Origin: Vicugna vicugna
Lineage: Eukaryota
Reading direction: 5' to 3'
Assembly: GCA_013265495.1 (NCBI GenBank)
Contig: MU057724.1
Location: forward strand, 186,001-250,000
DNA: 64,000 bases
Shown: piece after piece, positions 62,700 through 64,000 of the stretch
How the letters are laid out: each line of letters starts with the position of its first letter
Position numbering within the stretch: position 1 is the stretch's first letter
Made by a program: the position numbers and the translations under genes
Notes under the pieces: model-generated
Database searches by the model: none
Told to the model about the DNA's origin: nothing
What the model saw: the letters and a program-made list of their open reading frames with translations, nothing else

Positions 62700-64000
62700 T
62701 AATAATTTGTAGTGAGACTTGCAAAATTAACCATTTTAAAGAGAGAAATTCAGTGCCGTTAGTCCATTCACAGTGTTGTGCAACCACCTCTTTTTGTACA
62801 TTGTCTTTTGTTATTTCAGTGGCTTTGAAAGCAGTGGTAGTCTAGTTTTTAATCACAGTGTAACTGAGATAAAATACACCCTTACAGCGTGCACAGCTCG
62901 CTGTCACTGCTGTATTCACACAGTTGTGCAACATCCCCACTAACTAGCTGCAGAGTATCTCCATCACTCCAGAAAGAAACCCGTGTCCACCGGCAGTCAC
63001 GCCCCACCCCTCCCAGCCCTGGCACCCACTCTTCTGCCACCTGTCTCCGCGGACAGCCTGTTGTGGACACACATGGACATGAACTCGTACGCTGTGTGTT
63101 CTTGTGTTTCTGGCTCTTGTCACTTAGTGAAACATTTTTAAGACATTCCTCAGGCTTCCTTCCTTTTTGTGGCTGAATATTCCATCATTTGGATAGACCT
63201 GCTTTGTTTATCCATTCATTGGTTGATGCATATTTTTTTGATTTGCTGTGAATATGCATGTAAGGCCTTTGGGTGGACATCTATTTTCTGTTCTTTGGGC
63301 ATATTCCTGTAGTTTAGATCGTTTTCATGTTGGCCGTCATCCTAAACAGAGCAGCCGTACAACTGGGAGGAACCTGTGATTCCTCCAGCTGGGGAGACGA
63401 CCATAGAAAGTAACCCATCCAGAGAGACAGGACTGAGAGACCGAGACAGGAACTCTGCGTCCAAACAAGATGACCAAAGGGCAACTTCAGGAAATATAGC
63501 CCAAGGTTAGAGACATGCAGTGTCCACTGTGACTTCTCCGGAGAGGGGCCGTGTTAACAGAGGGTCTCTTGCCAACACCCCGACCATGGAGTGACCCCTG
63601 AGCCGTGGAGGAGGCAGGGCCACTGAAGTTGGCTTTGCTTCCAGAACAGCTTTGTGACAGATCAGACGTCCTGCTGTCCACACCCTCACCAGCAGTGAGT
63701 GTTCTCAGGGTCTGAGATTTTCAGCCGTTCTTACAGGTGTGCAGTGGTGTCTCATTGCTGTGTAGTTTGCATTTCCCTGATGGCATGTGATTCAGAATGT
63801 CTTTCATGCTTATTTGCTGTCCATATATCTTCTGTGATGAGGTGTCTGTAAAGGTCTTTGACCCATTTTTTTATTCAGGATGTTCATTTTCTTACTGTTG
63901 AGTTTTAAGGCTTTTTTTTTTGTATATTTTGGATAGCAGTCCTTTATCAGATGGGTCTTTTGCAAACATTTTCTCCCATCTGTGGCTTATCTTTTCATTC
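62700..64000 (-). mobile_element. L1MB-type fragments (62700-62790, 62840-63311, 63668-64000), running off the window end
   Basis: tttagtccattcacagtgttgtgcaacca; tttgtttatccattcattggttgatg; gtttgcatttccctgatgg; cagtcctttatcagat. Confidence 0.85.

Noticed and set aside
1..64000. CRISPR array, operon, prophage, intact retrovirus or processed pseudogene
   Set aside because: No regularly spaced repeats, no gene-dense ORF structure, no gag/pol/env, and no recognisable host-protein translation were seen.

Overview
Mammalian genomic DNA, most likely a camelid (alpaca/llama/camel). Three tRNA-derived SINEs resemble the camelid Vic-1 family, and I saw no Alu, Bov-A/tA, PRE-1, CAN or ERE SINEs. The window reads as a large intron or intergenic interval. 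Roughly half of it is decayed interspersed repeats: old and young LINE-1, L2, MIR, a near full-length Tigger1, MER58A, MER119, MER2B and MLT1-type LTRs. I recognised no host protein-coding exon, RNA gene, CRISPR array or prokaryotic-type system. The ORF track is explained by L1/Tigger relics or chance ORFs in GC-rich DNA. The best-supported observations are retrotransposition and repair scars: nested insertions with TSDs, a tail-only insertion, a doubly truncated L1 fragment, a doubly internally deleted L1, and a SINE-L1-unique composite. There are also a few unverified plus-strand exon candidates. Subfamily names come from recalled consensus similarity, not a database search, and boundaries of old repeats are approximate. 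I cannot support a claim of a novel biological system here.
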